Shown: positions 15,759 to 24,988 of the stretch, one piece after another
How the letters are laid out: each line of letters starts with the position of its first letter
Position numbering within the stretch: position 1 is the first letter of the stretch
Virus record (IMG/VR): IMGVR_UViG_3300031857_000212
Location: 1-58,030 of that record
Strand: one strand, 5' to 3'
DNA: 58,030 nucleotides
Source: a virus
Lineage: Duplodnaviria; Caudoviricetes
Notes under the pieces: generated by a model
Database searches by the model: none
What the model was told of the DNA's origin: nothing
The model's input: only the letters and a program-made list of their open reading frames with translations
Position numbers and translations under genes: made by a program

Positions 15759-15966
15759 AACTGCCAATGAATTTTCTCTTTACATTGAAGACGTGGTGAA
15801 GAATAAGAAGCAACCTTACATGGATGCAGTTCTTGACTACTGTAAAGAAAACTATCTTGAACCGAAAGATATCGTTAGCTTGATTAACAAGTCACTCAAG
15901 GATAAAATTGGTAATGAATTTCGAGAACAAAACTACCTCCCCAAACAAGCCCAGTTGGACGTTTGA
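15751..15966 (+). CDS. gp33: late transcription coactivator gp33
   Basis: FSLYIE...YMDAVLDYC.EN..E...LINKSLKDKI; position before gp59. Confidence 0.85.
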   Translation: MFKTANEFSLYIEDVVKNKKQPYMDAVLDYCKENYLEPKDIVSLINKSLKDKIGNEFREQNYLPKQAQLDV

Positions 15967-16138
15967 TATTGTTGTAGTAATTTCTATTTTGGCTTTAATT
16001 GCATTTGGATTCTACGTTGCTTCAACACAACCAAAGCATGGAGTTAAAGTTATTGATTGTTCGTTAGCTGAGATCTCTCCAGATTTCACAGCAGAGATGA
16101 AAGAAGCATGTAGGAAAGCACGTAGTGGACGGATTTAA
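15914..16138 (+). CDS. small membrane protein
   Basis: TM helix then DCSLAEISPDF...C; start uncertain. Confidence 0.55.
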   Translation: MNFENKTTSPNKPSWTFDIVVVISILALIAFGFYVASTQPKHGVKVIDCSLAEISPDFTAEMKEACRKARSGRI

Positions 16139-16739
16139 AGCATACAAGTATTACATGGCTATTAAATTGCACTTCACTAGAGATACCTTTGACGTGTTCA
16201 AGAATCGTGGTAGTGTTAAAGGCACACGTGAAGCATTTAATGCTCGTAATGATAGATACATATTTGAGAAGTTGGCAAGAAAGTATCCAGTGGATAAAGA
16301 CTTGATTCAATTCTTTGTGGCTAACTTTGCATACGGTAATGAGAATCCTCAGTATTCCTCGGAAGAGGCATTGAGTAATCTTGGTGAATGGATGAAGCGC
16401 AAGCAGTCTATCACTAAGATCTTCTCTGATGATTGCAGTAAGATTGTTATGTATGCTTACAAGGAAAAGTTAAAAGAACAATCAATCTTTTACTTTACTT
16501 GCAACAATTATCCAAGTATACTTAAGCTATTCCTTGGTGGACAAATAAGTATTGAGTCCGTCAGGATACTTGATGATATGATGAACCTTATTGACAACTG
16601 GAAACAAAATTCAACCATGTTATACTTGTGGGAGAATGAGATACGAAAGATTGAAAAAGTTAAGGGATTTGTGAAGTACGACAAGAGTAAGGTTGAACCA
16701 GTTTTCAATCAGTTTAAAGAAGAGATCCAAGAGTTATAA
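16125..16739 (+). CDS. gp59: helicase loader gp59
   Basis: AYKYYMAIKLHF, F..RNDRYIFEKLARK, FFVANF; between gp33 and gp32. Confidence 0.88.
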   Translation: MDGFKAYKYYMAIKLHFTRDTFDVFKNRGSVKGTREAFNARNDRYIFEKLARKYPVDKDLIQFFVANFAYGNENPQYSSEEALSNLGEWMKRKQSITKIFSDDCSKIVMYAYKEKLKEQSIFYFTCNNYPSILKLFLGGQISIESVRILDDMMNLIDNWKQNSTMLYLWENEIRKIEKVKGFVKYDKSKVEPVFNQFKEEIQEL

Positions 16740-16740
16740 T

Positions 16741-16959
16741 ATGGGTAAGACATACCATAAAAATTCGAAGAAGTTCGAAGAAGAATCTAGTGGGCGATCT
16801 GGGAAACCAGCTAGACATGCCAGCGGTAAAAAAACTGGTGGTATGAGAACGCTAAATAGTTATGTTGATGAAGATATTGATTTTGATGATGACATCTTTG
16901 ATGATGATATTGAAATGACCGATGACATTCAGATTCAACACAATACTAATACAAAGTAA
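16741..16959 (+). CDS. hypothetical protein with basic N-terminus and acidic C-terminus
   Basis: Start reassigned to MGKTYHKN at 16741. Confidence 0.65.
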   Translation: MGKTYHKNSKKFEEESSGRSGKPARHASGKKTGGMRTLNSYVDEDIDFDDDIFDDDIEMTDDIQIQHNTNTK

Positions 16960-16985
16960 TATTTTTAATACAAAGGAAACATACG

Positions 16986-17909
16986 ATGGATATTCAAAAA
17001 CTCCGCTCAATGCGCAACTCTGATTTTGGTGCAATTGCCAATGCTTTCGAGAAAGTTGCCAACCCCCAATCCGAAACCAAGTCCTACGTTGACGACCGAT
17101 TCTGGCGTCTAGAAGGCGATAAAGCAGGTAACGGCACAGCAACACTAAGATTCCTACCACGTGTAGAAGGTGATGAACTCCCATGGGTTCGTATCTTTTC
17201 TCATGGCTTCCAAGGACCAACTGGTAAGTGGTATATCGAGAACTCACTGACTACTCTTGGTGAGAATGATCCTGTTGGTGAATTGAACACTCAACTTTGG
17301 AACTCTGGTTCTGAAGCCAACAAAGAGATTGCTCGTAAACAAAAGCGTAAGTTATCTTTCACTGCCAATGTCTTGGTTGTGTCTGATCCAAAACACCCAG
17401 AGAACGAAGGTAAGGTATTCTTGTTTAAATTTGGCAAGAAAATCTTTGACAAGATCATGGACAAAGCACGTCCAACTTTCGAAGATGAAAAGCCAGTGAA
17501 TGTATTTGACTTATGGGAAGGTGCCAATTTCAAACTGCGTATGCGTAAGAAAGATGGTTATGCCAACTATGATGAGTCTGTGTTTGCTGATCCTTCTCCT
17601 GTCTCAGAAGATGAAAACAAACTGTTGGCAATTGTAAACTCTCAAACTAAGTTATCTGAGTTTACTGATCGTAAGAACTTTAAGTCTTATGATGAACTCA
17701 AGAAGAAACTGAATGAGGTTTTGTCTGGTGATTCTTTTGCTAGCAAATCTGCTGCAGAGATTGCTTCTGATGAAGATCGTCCAGTTCGTGCTGCACCAAC
17801 ACCAGCTAGTTCTATGCCAGCTTCAACTCCAAAGGCAAGCAAACCTGCTCCGATGGATGACGACGAAGATGTGATGTCTTACTTTGAGAAGATCGCACAA
17901 GAAGATTAA
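16986..17909 (+). CDS. gp32: single-stranded DNA-binding protein gp32
   Basis: DDRFW..DKAGNG.A..RFLP, HGFQGPTGKWYIENSLTT, GANFKL, acidic tail. Confidence 0.97.
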   Translation: MDIQKLRSMRNSDFGAIANAFEKVANPQSETKSYVDDRFWRLEGDKAGNGTATLRFLPRVEGDELPWVRIFSHGFQGPTGKWYIENSLTTLGENDPVGELNTQLWNSGSEANKEIARKQKRKLSFTANVLVVSDPKHPENEGKVFLFKFGKKIFDKIMDKARPTFEDEKPVNVFDLWEGANFKLRMRKKDGYANYDESVFADPSPVSEDENKLLAIVNSQTKLSEFTDRKNFKSYDELKKKLNEVLSGDSFASKSAAEIASDEDRPVRAAPTPASSMPASTPKASKPAPMDDDEDVMSYFEKIAQED

Positions 17910-17928
17910 GTAGTAGTCTACTTAAGAG

Positions 17929-17955
17929 AATGGGAGCCTTGCGCTCCCATTTTTT
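17929..17955. terminator. bidirectional terminator between convergent blocks
   Basis: AATGGGAGC-CTTGC-GCTCCCATT + T-run; a second hairpin TTAAGTAG/CTACTTAA lies at 17906-17925. Confidence 0.85.
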
Positions 17956-20074
17956 ATGCGTATCTGCTAGACAGATAACTACTAACAGAATTATCTCGAT
18001 TACGTGGCTGTAATTTGATAGTTTGTTGGGTGTTCTGAACATTGTTAACAGTTGGAGCAGAAACAATAGTATTCCCACCACCAGAGTTAGGTTTCGAAGC
18101 ATCCATGTTTGCTTCTTTGTTTTGCTCAGATTGTTTAGCAACAGCATTACCACTTTGAGGTGATGTAGCTGTATCAATTCTTCTTGGATCTACTGCAGCA
18201 AACTGAGATGACCCTTGTCCTGCACCAGCATTACTAGTTCCTGCAGGTATTGCTGCGGATTCTGCTTTAAATGGACGCCATGGACCAACACCAAAATCTT
18301 TACCCGCTATGCTGAAGCTAATTCCAGGAATTTCAAAATTATTAAACCAGCCAAATACAGTATCTTTAAGATTAGAGAAAAACTTAGTTACTGGTTCAAA
18401 TACAGTCTTTAATGGCTGAATAATGAATTCGTCAAATAAGCCAGCCACAGTACTAAATGCTGCCATTACTGGCTCTTTGATATACGTATTGAATGCATCA
18501 CCCAAGAAATTAAAGAATTTGGTGATAGGTTCTACGATATATTCAGTAACGAATCCCGATACAGCATTAACTATATTCTTAACAGTTTCAGCATCAAACA
18601 ATCCGAATGTTAAGAATGATAGAACACCACCAAGACCAGCAATTAGTGCTTCACCAATAGATCCAGTTTCAGAGAATACTTTAAATCCATCCATAATACC
18701 ATTCACAAGCGACCCGATGATCATGGCTGGTGCGAAGAACTTAGTGAATGCTTTTAATAGGTTTTTTGGATTAAATAAGAACTTGACTGCAGTCATGAGT
18801 CCATTGCCAAGGAATCCCATAATACTATCCAGAATACCTCCACCTGCGCCAGCTTCTTCTTTTGGTGCAGGTTTAATGGCACCAGCTGATCCTCTTGTGT
18901 TTTCTTCAATCTGTTTTAATACAGCATTACCTTCATCTACCTTCTTATTTTGCTCAAGAGATGCTTCTTCACCTGACAGTGCAGATGCAGCAGATTCGGC
19001 ATTCTTATCTACTTTTTTAGGTTGAGTGAATGGAAGAATTATAGCAGATCGTTTTTGATCTTCTTGTGTTTGTGGTTTCTCAGTAATAACTTCTGGCTTA
19101 ATAGCAGAGATAACTGAGCTAACTGCAGCAGAAGCTGTAGCTTTTTGTTTCTTAGCTGATTTGGGTTTAGCTTTTTCAGTAATATCGGTAGATGCAGGAA
19201 CTCCAACATCAGCTGCTTGTTTCTTAGCTGATTTGGGTTTAGCTTTTTCAGTAATAACTTCTGGCTTTATAGCAGAGATAACTGGTTGTTTGACTAAGCC
19301 AGTTTTAGGATCAAATCCTTGAGGGCGAACACGAGTGTCAACCTTAGCTAGATCAGTAGCAAGAGTTTCTCTTTTCTTAAACTCTTCAGATCGTTTGATC
19401 TGTTCTTCAGTGAAACCTTGTTTCTTAAACGTAGAAAGAGCAGACTCATTCTTTCTAATGTTACGTTGGACGTTCTGCTGTTCATCAAACTGACGAGAGA
19501 AAATCTGACTAGCTTTTTCTGTGCCATGTAGACGTGCTGTTGGATCCATTTTAAGACGAGAAGCAACATACTTTTGACGTTCTTCTCGTTTATCAAGCAT
19601 GTCAGAGAATACGCCTCCAGTTCCACGTTTGACAATGCCTGTCTTATCTAAGAAGCCACGCATCGTAAAAAAGTCTTTTGCCTTATATTTAAACTCACCA
19701 ACACGATCGCCGATGCCTCTGAACTGGCGACGTTCCATAGCCTTACCAGTTATATCTTTGGCTTGCTCTTTAGATAATGGACTTCTAGGACTTGCAGCTT
19801 GCGCTAATTGTTTTACCTCTTCGGTAGTTTTCTTAATTTCAGTAAACAACTTAATGACGTTAGAATTAACACCACCTTTGTTCTTATCATTACTTGATTC
19901 GTTTAAATCTTTGATAGAAGCATTAATTTTCTTGAGTTCTTCAAGATTCTTATCGCCATCTTTATCAATATTGAAGGCTTCCTTAGTCTGAATGAGCTGA
20001 AGTAGTCGATCCTGTTTGGACAGTTCGAGTAATTTGTTCAGAGAATTCTGCTGATTAGCTAATACTGTTTGCAT
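17954..20074 (-). CDS. tape-measure / baseplate hub protein (gp29-like)
   Basis: Long helical protein with Gly/Phe amphipathic repeats; downstream of gp26-gp51. Confidence 0.6.
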   Translation of the reverse strand: MQTVLANQQNSLNKLLELSKQDRLLQLIQTKEAFNIDKDGDKNLEELKKINASIKDLNESSNDKNKGGVNSNVIKLFTEIKKTTEEVKQLAQAASPRSPLSKEQAKDITGKAMERRQFRGIGDRVGEFKYKAKDFFTMRGFLDKTGIVKRGTGGVFSDMLDKREERQKYVASRLKMDPTARLHGTEKASQIFSRQFDEQQNVQRNIRKNESALSTFKKQGFTEEQIKRSEEFKKRETLATDLAKVDTRVRPQGFDPKTGLVKQPVISAIKPEVITEKAKPKSAKKQAADVGVPASTDITEKAKPKSAKKQKATASAAVSSVISAIKPEVITEKPQTQEDQKRSAIILPFTQPKKVDKNAESAASALSGEEASLEQNKKVDEGNAVLKQIEENTRGSAGAIKPAPKEEAGAGGGILDSIMGFLGNGLMTAVKFLFNPKNLLKAFTKFFAPAMIIGSLVNGIMDGFKVFSETGSIGEALIAGLGGVLSFLTFGLFDAETVKNIVNAVSGFVTEYIVEPITKFFNFLGDAFNTYIKEPVMAAFSTVAGLFDEFIIQPLKTVFEPVTKFFSNLKDTVFGWFNNFEIPGISFSIAGKDFGVGPWRPFKAESAAIPAGTSNAGAGQGSSQFAAVDPRRIDTATSPQSGNAVAKQSEQNKEANMDASKPNSGGGNTIVSAPTVNNVQNTQQTIKLQPRNRDNSVSSYLSSRYA

Positions 20075-20260
20075 TTAAGTGGCTTGTTTCTGTTTTAGTT
20101 TTTGAGTTTCTTCTTCTAAATGCTGCACCAACATACTAACGTAGATTTCTCGCTCGAACGGCATCATGTTATCCAACTCTTCTAACGAATATTTATGGTA
20201 TTGCATTAATGCAAAGTTCGTTTTGTAGTGGTTAAATGCCGTCTCATGACTAAGGTTCAT
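20075..20260 (-). CDS. gp51: baseplate hub assembly protein gp51
   Basis: YKTNFALMQYHKYSLEELDNMMPFEREIY motif. Confidence 0.88.
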   Translation of the reverse strand: MNLSHETAFNHYKTNFALMQYHKYSLEELDNMMPFEREIYVSMLVQHLEEETQKLKQKQAT

Positions 20261-20985
20261 TAAAAAAAATTGTTAAGTCCTTCAAGTACCTTATTGTGTT
20301 CTTTCCCACATACTGGGCACTTATAATTTACTGGATGTCTAAGTTTTGGCATCGTTTCAAAGAACTGCTCGATCTTTTGAAACTGGTCTTGCGTCAAGTT
20401 TTCGATGAACTCTTTTAGTTCTTCTTTAGTTTGTTCTTTTGTATAATGAATATCGTCACCATCATAAATGTATTCCATACATTCAGCCACGATATCGAAT
20501 ACAAGTTCAGCCTCACGCTGCTCGCCCATCTGTTCAATTTTTTTAACGATTTCAATAGTTGGGTAGCGCATAACTACACCACAGTTATCGAAAAGGTGGA
20601 TCTTGTCCACATGATTTGGATTAAACTCTACTTGTAGTTGAGACAAATCAATACGAACAAGTGCCTTAGCCTTTTCGTTTTCATCTCCATGATCATCATC
20701 GCAGAACATGTATAGGTCTACAAATTCGCCAGCAGACTTGGCACGGATTTGACTAAAGATATACTCAAGATCAAATACGGCTAACTTGTCTACGTTGATT
20801 GGTGTCTTAGCACATGAACGAATCATTTCTTTTAAAGTGTCGATCATAACAACAGAATCTTCGCTTTGTTGTGCCAACAAAAGTGCTTTTTGTTCTTTAA
20901 CCAAGAACGGACGATACTTTAATGTTTCCTTACTGGAAGGAATTTGTAACGTGTAGGTTGGGGTGTTTTGAATAGGTAAAGCCAT
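20260..20985 (-). CDS. gp26: baseplate hub subunit/chaperone gp26
   Basis: MALP..PTY.L..PS, YRPFLVKE.K.LL, FDLEYIF..IRAKS.GE, FFETMPKL, CPVC, LEGL..FF. Confidence 0.92.
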   Translation of the reverse strand: MALPIQNTPTYTLQIPSSKETLKYRPFLVKEQKALLLAQQSEDSVVMIDTLKEMIRSCAKTPINVDKLAVFDLEYIFSQIRAKSAGEFVDLYMFCDDDHGDENEKAKALVRIDLSQLQVEFNPNHVDKIHLFDNCGVVMRYPTIEIVKKIEQMGEQREAELVFDIVAECMEYIYDGDDIHYTKEQTKEELKEFIENLTQDQFQKIEQFFETMPKLRHPVNYKCPVCGKEHNKVLEGLNNFF

Positions 20986-20989
20986 AGTA

Positions 20990-21409
20990 TTATTCTCCTT
21001 TGTTCATACTCTTAATCATTTTTGTCAATTCAGCGGTACTGCCCACAAATATTGCATTATTAGTTATTTCTTGTTTGGCTGCTTTAGGACCATCAAGTTT
21101 AGCCTTCTGTTGGTGTAAATCCATCAATTGCTGATTTACGTCGGCTAGTTGCTTCATTAAATTACCCACTACTTCAAAAGCACGTGGGTGTTCAGATTGC
21201 TTAGCTACTGAGAGAGCATGCGTTAGTGCATCCTGCCCCTGCACCAATAATCCATGTAGATTTCCACGAGATTTATCATAGTCATCTTGAATTTTGTCGC
21301 CAGAAGATTGCACAATTTCTCCCGTGGCAGAATCAATAACTTTTGCGTTAGCTAAATCTGCGATAGGAGTCACATCAAATACTTCCGATAATCTATCATC
21401 AATTTTCAT
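20990..21409 (-). CDS. gp16: terminase small subunit gp16
   Basis: DYDKSR.NL, A...EHPRAFEV, NNAIFVGSTAEL. Confidence 0.88.
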   Translation of the reverse strand: MKIDDRLSEVFDVTPIADLANAKVIDSATGEIVQSSGDKIQDDYDKSRGNLHGLLVQGQDALTHALSVAKQSEHPRAFEVVGNLMKQLADVNQQLMDLHQQKAKLDGPKAAKQEITNNAIFVGSTAELTKMIKSMNKGE

Positions 21410-21831
21410 TATTTTAATTCGCCACGTTCTATTAGTTTTGTCTTGTTGTACTGGTGCATTTCTTGCACCAGTTCTTTGTTCTCACCTTGATAAAGAACTG
21501 CATAGTTGTTGTCGATCATCCATTGATTCAAGCTAGTTCCATCTTCAAGAATGAATATAGCTAGAATACGACCAAACTTATCATCATTATTATCTGACCT
21601 TTGAGTTTCAATTGTAACATAAGAACCAATAGGAAGTTTTTCTGCTAACTTCTTTTTAGATAAGTTACCACGAATCTTTTCTTCTTTGTCTACTGTTCTT
21701 GATTCTGGCGTATCGATGCCAGCCATGCGAACTCTTTGGTTCGAAAGAACAATATTGAAGCCTAAATCTAAGTCGATATCTACTGTATCTCCATCGAGGA
21801 CTTTTAGTATTTTAGCTTTGTATTGATACAT
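21409..21831 (-). CDS. thermonuclease (SNase-like)
   Basis: VLDGDTVD..LDLGF, RVRMAGIDTPESRT, KFGRIL. Confidence 0.88.
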   Translation of the reverse strand: MYQYKAKILKVLDGDTVDIDLDLGFNIVLSNQRVRMAGIDTPESRTVDKEEKIRGNLSKKKLAEKLPIGSYVTIETQRSDNNDDKFGRILAIFILEDGTSLNQWMIDNNYAVLYQGENKELVQEMHQYNKTKLIERGELK

Positions 21832-22154
21832 TAGTCATTCCTTGTATTACGAAATTCTGGATCCCTTAAAGTGGGTCTAGTATTTATTGGTGAAATCGTT
21901 CCAGTTAACCCAGCAATCTTTTCTTGTCCACGTGTCCAAGCAGCAATTCCAAGAATAGCACCCATTGCCATATGAAATAAACCAGCACCTTTAAGTGTTA
22001 GTGGTTCCCATTGACTTGTTACTTGTCCATTATAAGATGCTTGAAGTATTGACCAAGCAATCGGAAATAAAGCAAAGTCAAGAATACATATAGCCATGTA
22101 CGTCCAACCCATAGCTGGACGCCACTTACTATTCATCCACGACTCATTATTCAT
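21831..22154 (-). CDS. putative holin (GTA 3TM holin-like)
   Basis: KWRPAMGW, two TM helices, ILG..AW.RGQEK. Confidence 0.7.
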   Translation of the reverse strand: MNNESWMNSKWRPAMGWTYMAICILDFALFPIAWSILQASYNGQVTSQWEPLTLKGAGLFHMAMGAILGIAAWTRGQEKIAGLTGTISPINTRPTLRDPEFRNTRND

Positions 22155-22861
22155 TAATCAAATAATCCAGTAATAAAATTACTTATACCTTGAACAGTAT
22201 TGCTTACTTGATTTACGTTAGCTTGGAATGTAGTGAAGTCGTTTAAAAATGATTCTGGAACACCAAAATTTCTATTACCATTTGTGAATGGGCTAACACC
22301 ACCACGTGCTGGCTTAGCCATATTTTCAGGTAACCAATATTTGTAATTCATAGCTACTTGTAATTTCATTACATCTTTGTTAGCGTAGTCAAGTTGAATT
22401 GGAGATATAGTTTTGGGATAACACTCATATAGAGTTACACCATATGTCATCTCATCTTGTAAGTCTTCAACAACAACTGTAATGTCTGTAATGTAGTCAT
22501 TATAGTATGAGAATGTTCTTGTATATGGATCTTGTACTGCACTCATCCATGTATCAAAAAATGTTTTAACATTTAAATCAGTATCAACATAGAACTGCAT
22601 ATTTAAATCACCATATAGTTTTTCATATGGGACTTCACGGAATTCACCAAATGTTCTATTTTGAGTAGTAGATAAATTAAGACCAGGAAGTTGAACTTGG
22701 TCACAGAAGAGCAAAAGCTGTCGTATATCTGGGAAACTTTGAGCAAATGCATTTTGCCCTGTCATCAAAGACATTGGTGGGTTCATTATAACGCTGTAGC
22801 GGTTAGTTCTTGATAACCCAGTTTGTTTTATCTGTGATATAAATTCCGTTAATTTTGCCAT
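22154..22861 (-). CDS. baseplate tail-tube initiator (gp54/gp19-like fold)
   Basis: GLSRTNRY, C..VQLPG, FF..W, L.ECYP..I..IQLDY; start reassigned to 22861. Confidence 0.75.
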   Translation of the reverse strand: MAKLTEFISQIKQTGLSRTNRYSVIMNPPMSLMTGQNAFAQSFPDIRQLLLFCDQVQLPGLNLSTTQNRTFGEFREVPYEKLYGDLNMQFYVDTDLNVKTFFDTWMSAVQDPYTRTFSYYNDYITDITVVVEDLQDEMTYGVTLYECYPKTISPIQLDYANKDVMKLQVAMNYKYWLPENMAKPARGGVSPFTNGNRNFGVPESFLNDFTTFQANVNQVSNTVQGISNFITGLFD

Positions 22862-23460
22862 TATCGTGCCATTCTTTTTGAGTCTGCCCAAACCTGTTCA
22901 TTACTAGCACCAACAAATCTTTCAACTGGAAGCATCATAGCTGTTGCCCAGTCGTTTGAGTCAATCTTTCTAAATGGCGAGCGAACATGTTCTACTAGGT
23001 ATTGTTTAATACAAGGTTGCGCTAATTTATATCTCGATGCACCATCAATTAGTTGCCAAGAATAACGAAGTTTTGTAGTTTCATCCATTTTCGTATTATT
23101 GGCGAATGACATTAAGTTGTCTAAAAGTCTAATACGAAGTTGATGTGGAAGATAGTGTAGATTTAACCCAATATATCCACCTTTGAACGTATTGTAAGGT
23201 AGAACTAATGGGAAGCGATCATAGTAAGGTAGAGTTTCTTTGTATTTCGGATCATATGCAAACATGTACATAAATCCAGGAGACACTCTAGTTCTTAATT
23301 GTTGCTCGTTACTATTTAAAACTTTATTTGGGGTTAAACGCTGTCGATTAAGCAATAACACTTGTTGTTGAAACCATGTGCGTGATTTCTTGGCGACATC
23401 GTCCAAGTTGTATTTGTTTCTTTCGAAAACGTCAATTAAAGTAGGTGTTTTAGTAGCCAT
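22861..23460 (-). CDS. gp2: DNA end protector gp2
   Basis: MYMFAYDPKYKETLPYYDRFPLV, GLNLHYLP, PCIKQYL. Confidence 0.93.
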   Translation of the reverse strand: MATKTPTLIDVFERNKYNLDDVAKKSRTWFQQQVLLLNRQRLTPNKVLNSNEQQLRTRVSPGFMYMFAYDPKYKETLPYYDRFPLVLPYNTFKGGYIGLNLHYLPHQLRIRLLDNLMSFANNTKMDETTKLRYSWQLIDGASRYKLAQPCIKQYLVEHVRSPFRKIDSNDWATAMMLPVERFVGASNEQVWADSKRMAR

Positions 23461-23469
23461 ATTAGTTAT

Positions 23470-23910
23470 TTAGGCTGGCAGCCCCAGTTCGTGTTCAGTT
23501 ATAATTTTGAAATCCCAGTTACGATCTTTACAATACTCACGTGCAGCTGCCCATTTAGCTTGGTTCTTAATGAAGGTTAAAGACTCTGTTAAATATCTCT
23601 GAGTTCGTTTCCCTGGAAATATTGGCGGAATTGTTTGTTTCTGTGGTTTTACTTCTATTAAATATGTACGAAGTAGTCCATCTTTAGCTTGCACTTGTAT
23701 CTTAAAATCAACGAAGTATCTATGTATCTTGTTGTCTGTTGGGCAACGATATGGTACGATTGTTTCTTCAGAACTCCACTTTACTACCTGTGGGTTTTTA
23801 TCAACCCATGAGGCAAATCTAGTCTCCCATGAACTACGCATTACGATGTTCGTAGGATCTCCAGTATATTTTGCTGGAAACATTGGAGTAAAAAGTCTTT
23901 TATGAAACAT
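23470..23910 (-). CDS. gp4: head completion nuclease gp4
   Basis: KY.GDP.NI..RSSWE, WSSEE, HRYFVDF, IEVKP, NQAKW.AA. Confidence 0.93.
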   Translation of the reverse strand: MFHKRLFTPMFPAKYTGDPTNIVMRSSWETRFASWVDKNPQVVKWSSEETIVPYRCPTDNKIHRYFVDFKIQVQAKDGLLRTYLIEVKPQKQTIPPIFPGKRTQRYLTESLTFIKNQAKWAAAREYCKDRNWDFKIITEHELGLPA

Positions 23911-23928
23911 TGATAAATAGTAGGAGAG

Positions 23929-23952
23929 TATAAATAACCACCAATTATTTAG
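23929..23952. promoter_or_regulatory. divergent late promoters
   Basis: TATAAATA on + (23929-23936) and CTAAATA on - (23946-23952). Confidence 0.65.
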
Positions 23953-23965
23953 GGTGAAAACGAAA

Positions 23966-24988
23966 ATGGCAACTGCCTCAACATACCAATCTTCTAAGTA
24001 CGATATATCAAATCATAGTTATCCATCGGATTTAATGAGTCCAAATTATGGAGGAAACTATGTAATTTTTTATATTAGTATAGCAGAATCTTCTAAGCTA
24101 CTGAATCCAGAAAGTGGAGTTCAAATAACAGACGACACTACATTCACTAGGGATCGTGGTGCTCTTATAGGTTCAAATTTATCTAAAACTGGATTAGTAG
24201 CTGGAGCAGTAGCTGGTACTGTTCTTAAAGGATTAGTTGGTGGTTTTGCTGCAGGAAAACCTCTTGCTGGTGCTGCCATAGCTGCGGCTCCAGGTGCAAT
24301 TGGTCTTGGTGCTGCAGCAGCTATTGCTGGAACTACTACTCGTGCACAGAAACGCTTAAGAACTGCTATCGCTCTTCATATCCCAAACCAATTGAATGTA
24401 CGTTACGGAACTCAGTTTTCTGAGGAGGATACCGCAACTGCAGTTATGGCTCCACTTCTTGGTGAAGCAGCTATGAAAGCTATTGGTAATTTTAGTGGTG
24501 CTGATCTTGCTGGTGCGGCTGGTACTGGTGCGGCTGCCCTTGGATTAATGTTTGGACCAAACGCTGGTGCAGTTTCTGCTGCAACTGGTCTTGCAGCAAA
24601 CCCTCGCAAGGAACAAGTATTCAAAGGTGTTGATTTCCGCACGTTTCAATTTGAATATCAATTCTTTCCAAGAGATGCACAAGAATCTAGAAATGTGCAG
24701 AATATTATTAAAGCATTTAAACTTCATATGCAACCAGAGTTTAAAGATACGAATAAATTTTTGTATATCTATCCATCTGAATTTGACATTATGTATTATA
24801 ATAATGGTTCTGAGAATTTAAACATACATAAACACACCTCTTGTGTATTAACTGAGATGTCTGTTAATTACACACCAAACGCAGTATTTAATACATTTGA
24901 AGATGGGTCTCCGACTCAAATTAATATACAAATGACCTTCAGAGAACTTTCACTGATGGATAAAGATAAAATTCAGGCAGGTCTATAA
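23966..24988 (+). CDS. gp48: baseplate tail-tube cap gp48
   Basis: NP..EQVFKGVDFRTFQF.YQF.P, YPSEFDI, CVL..MSVNYTP, F.DGSP. Confidence 0.85.
   Translation: MATASTYQSSKYDISNHSYPSDLMSPNYGGNYVIFYISIAESSKLLNPESGVQITDDTTFTRDRGALIGSNLSKTGLVAGAVAGTVLKGLVGGFAAGKPLAGAAIAAAPGAIGLGAAAAIAGTTTRAQKRLRTAIALHIPNQLNVRYGTQFSEEDTATAVMAPLLGEAAMKAIGNFSGADLAGAAGTGAAALGLMFGPNAGAVSAATGLAANPRKEQVFKGVDFRTFQFEYQFFPRDAQESRNVQNIIKAFKLHMQPEFKDTNKFLYIYPSEFDIMYYNNGSENLNIHKHTSCVLTEMSVNYTPNAVFNTFEDGSPTQINIQMTFRELSLMDKDKIQAGL

Noticed and set aside
18423-19991. Long + strand ORFs opposite the tape-measure-like gene
   Set aside because: Antisense shadows of a coding frame; no RBS or recognisable motifs
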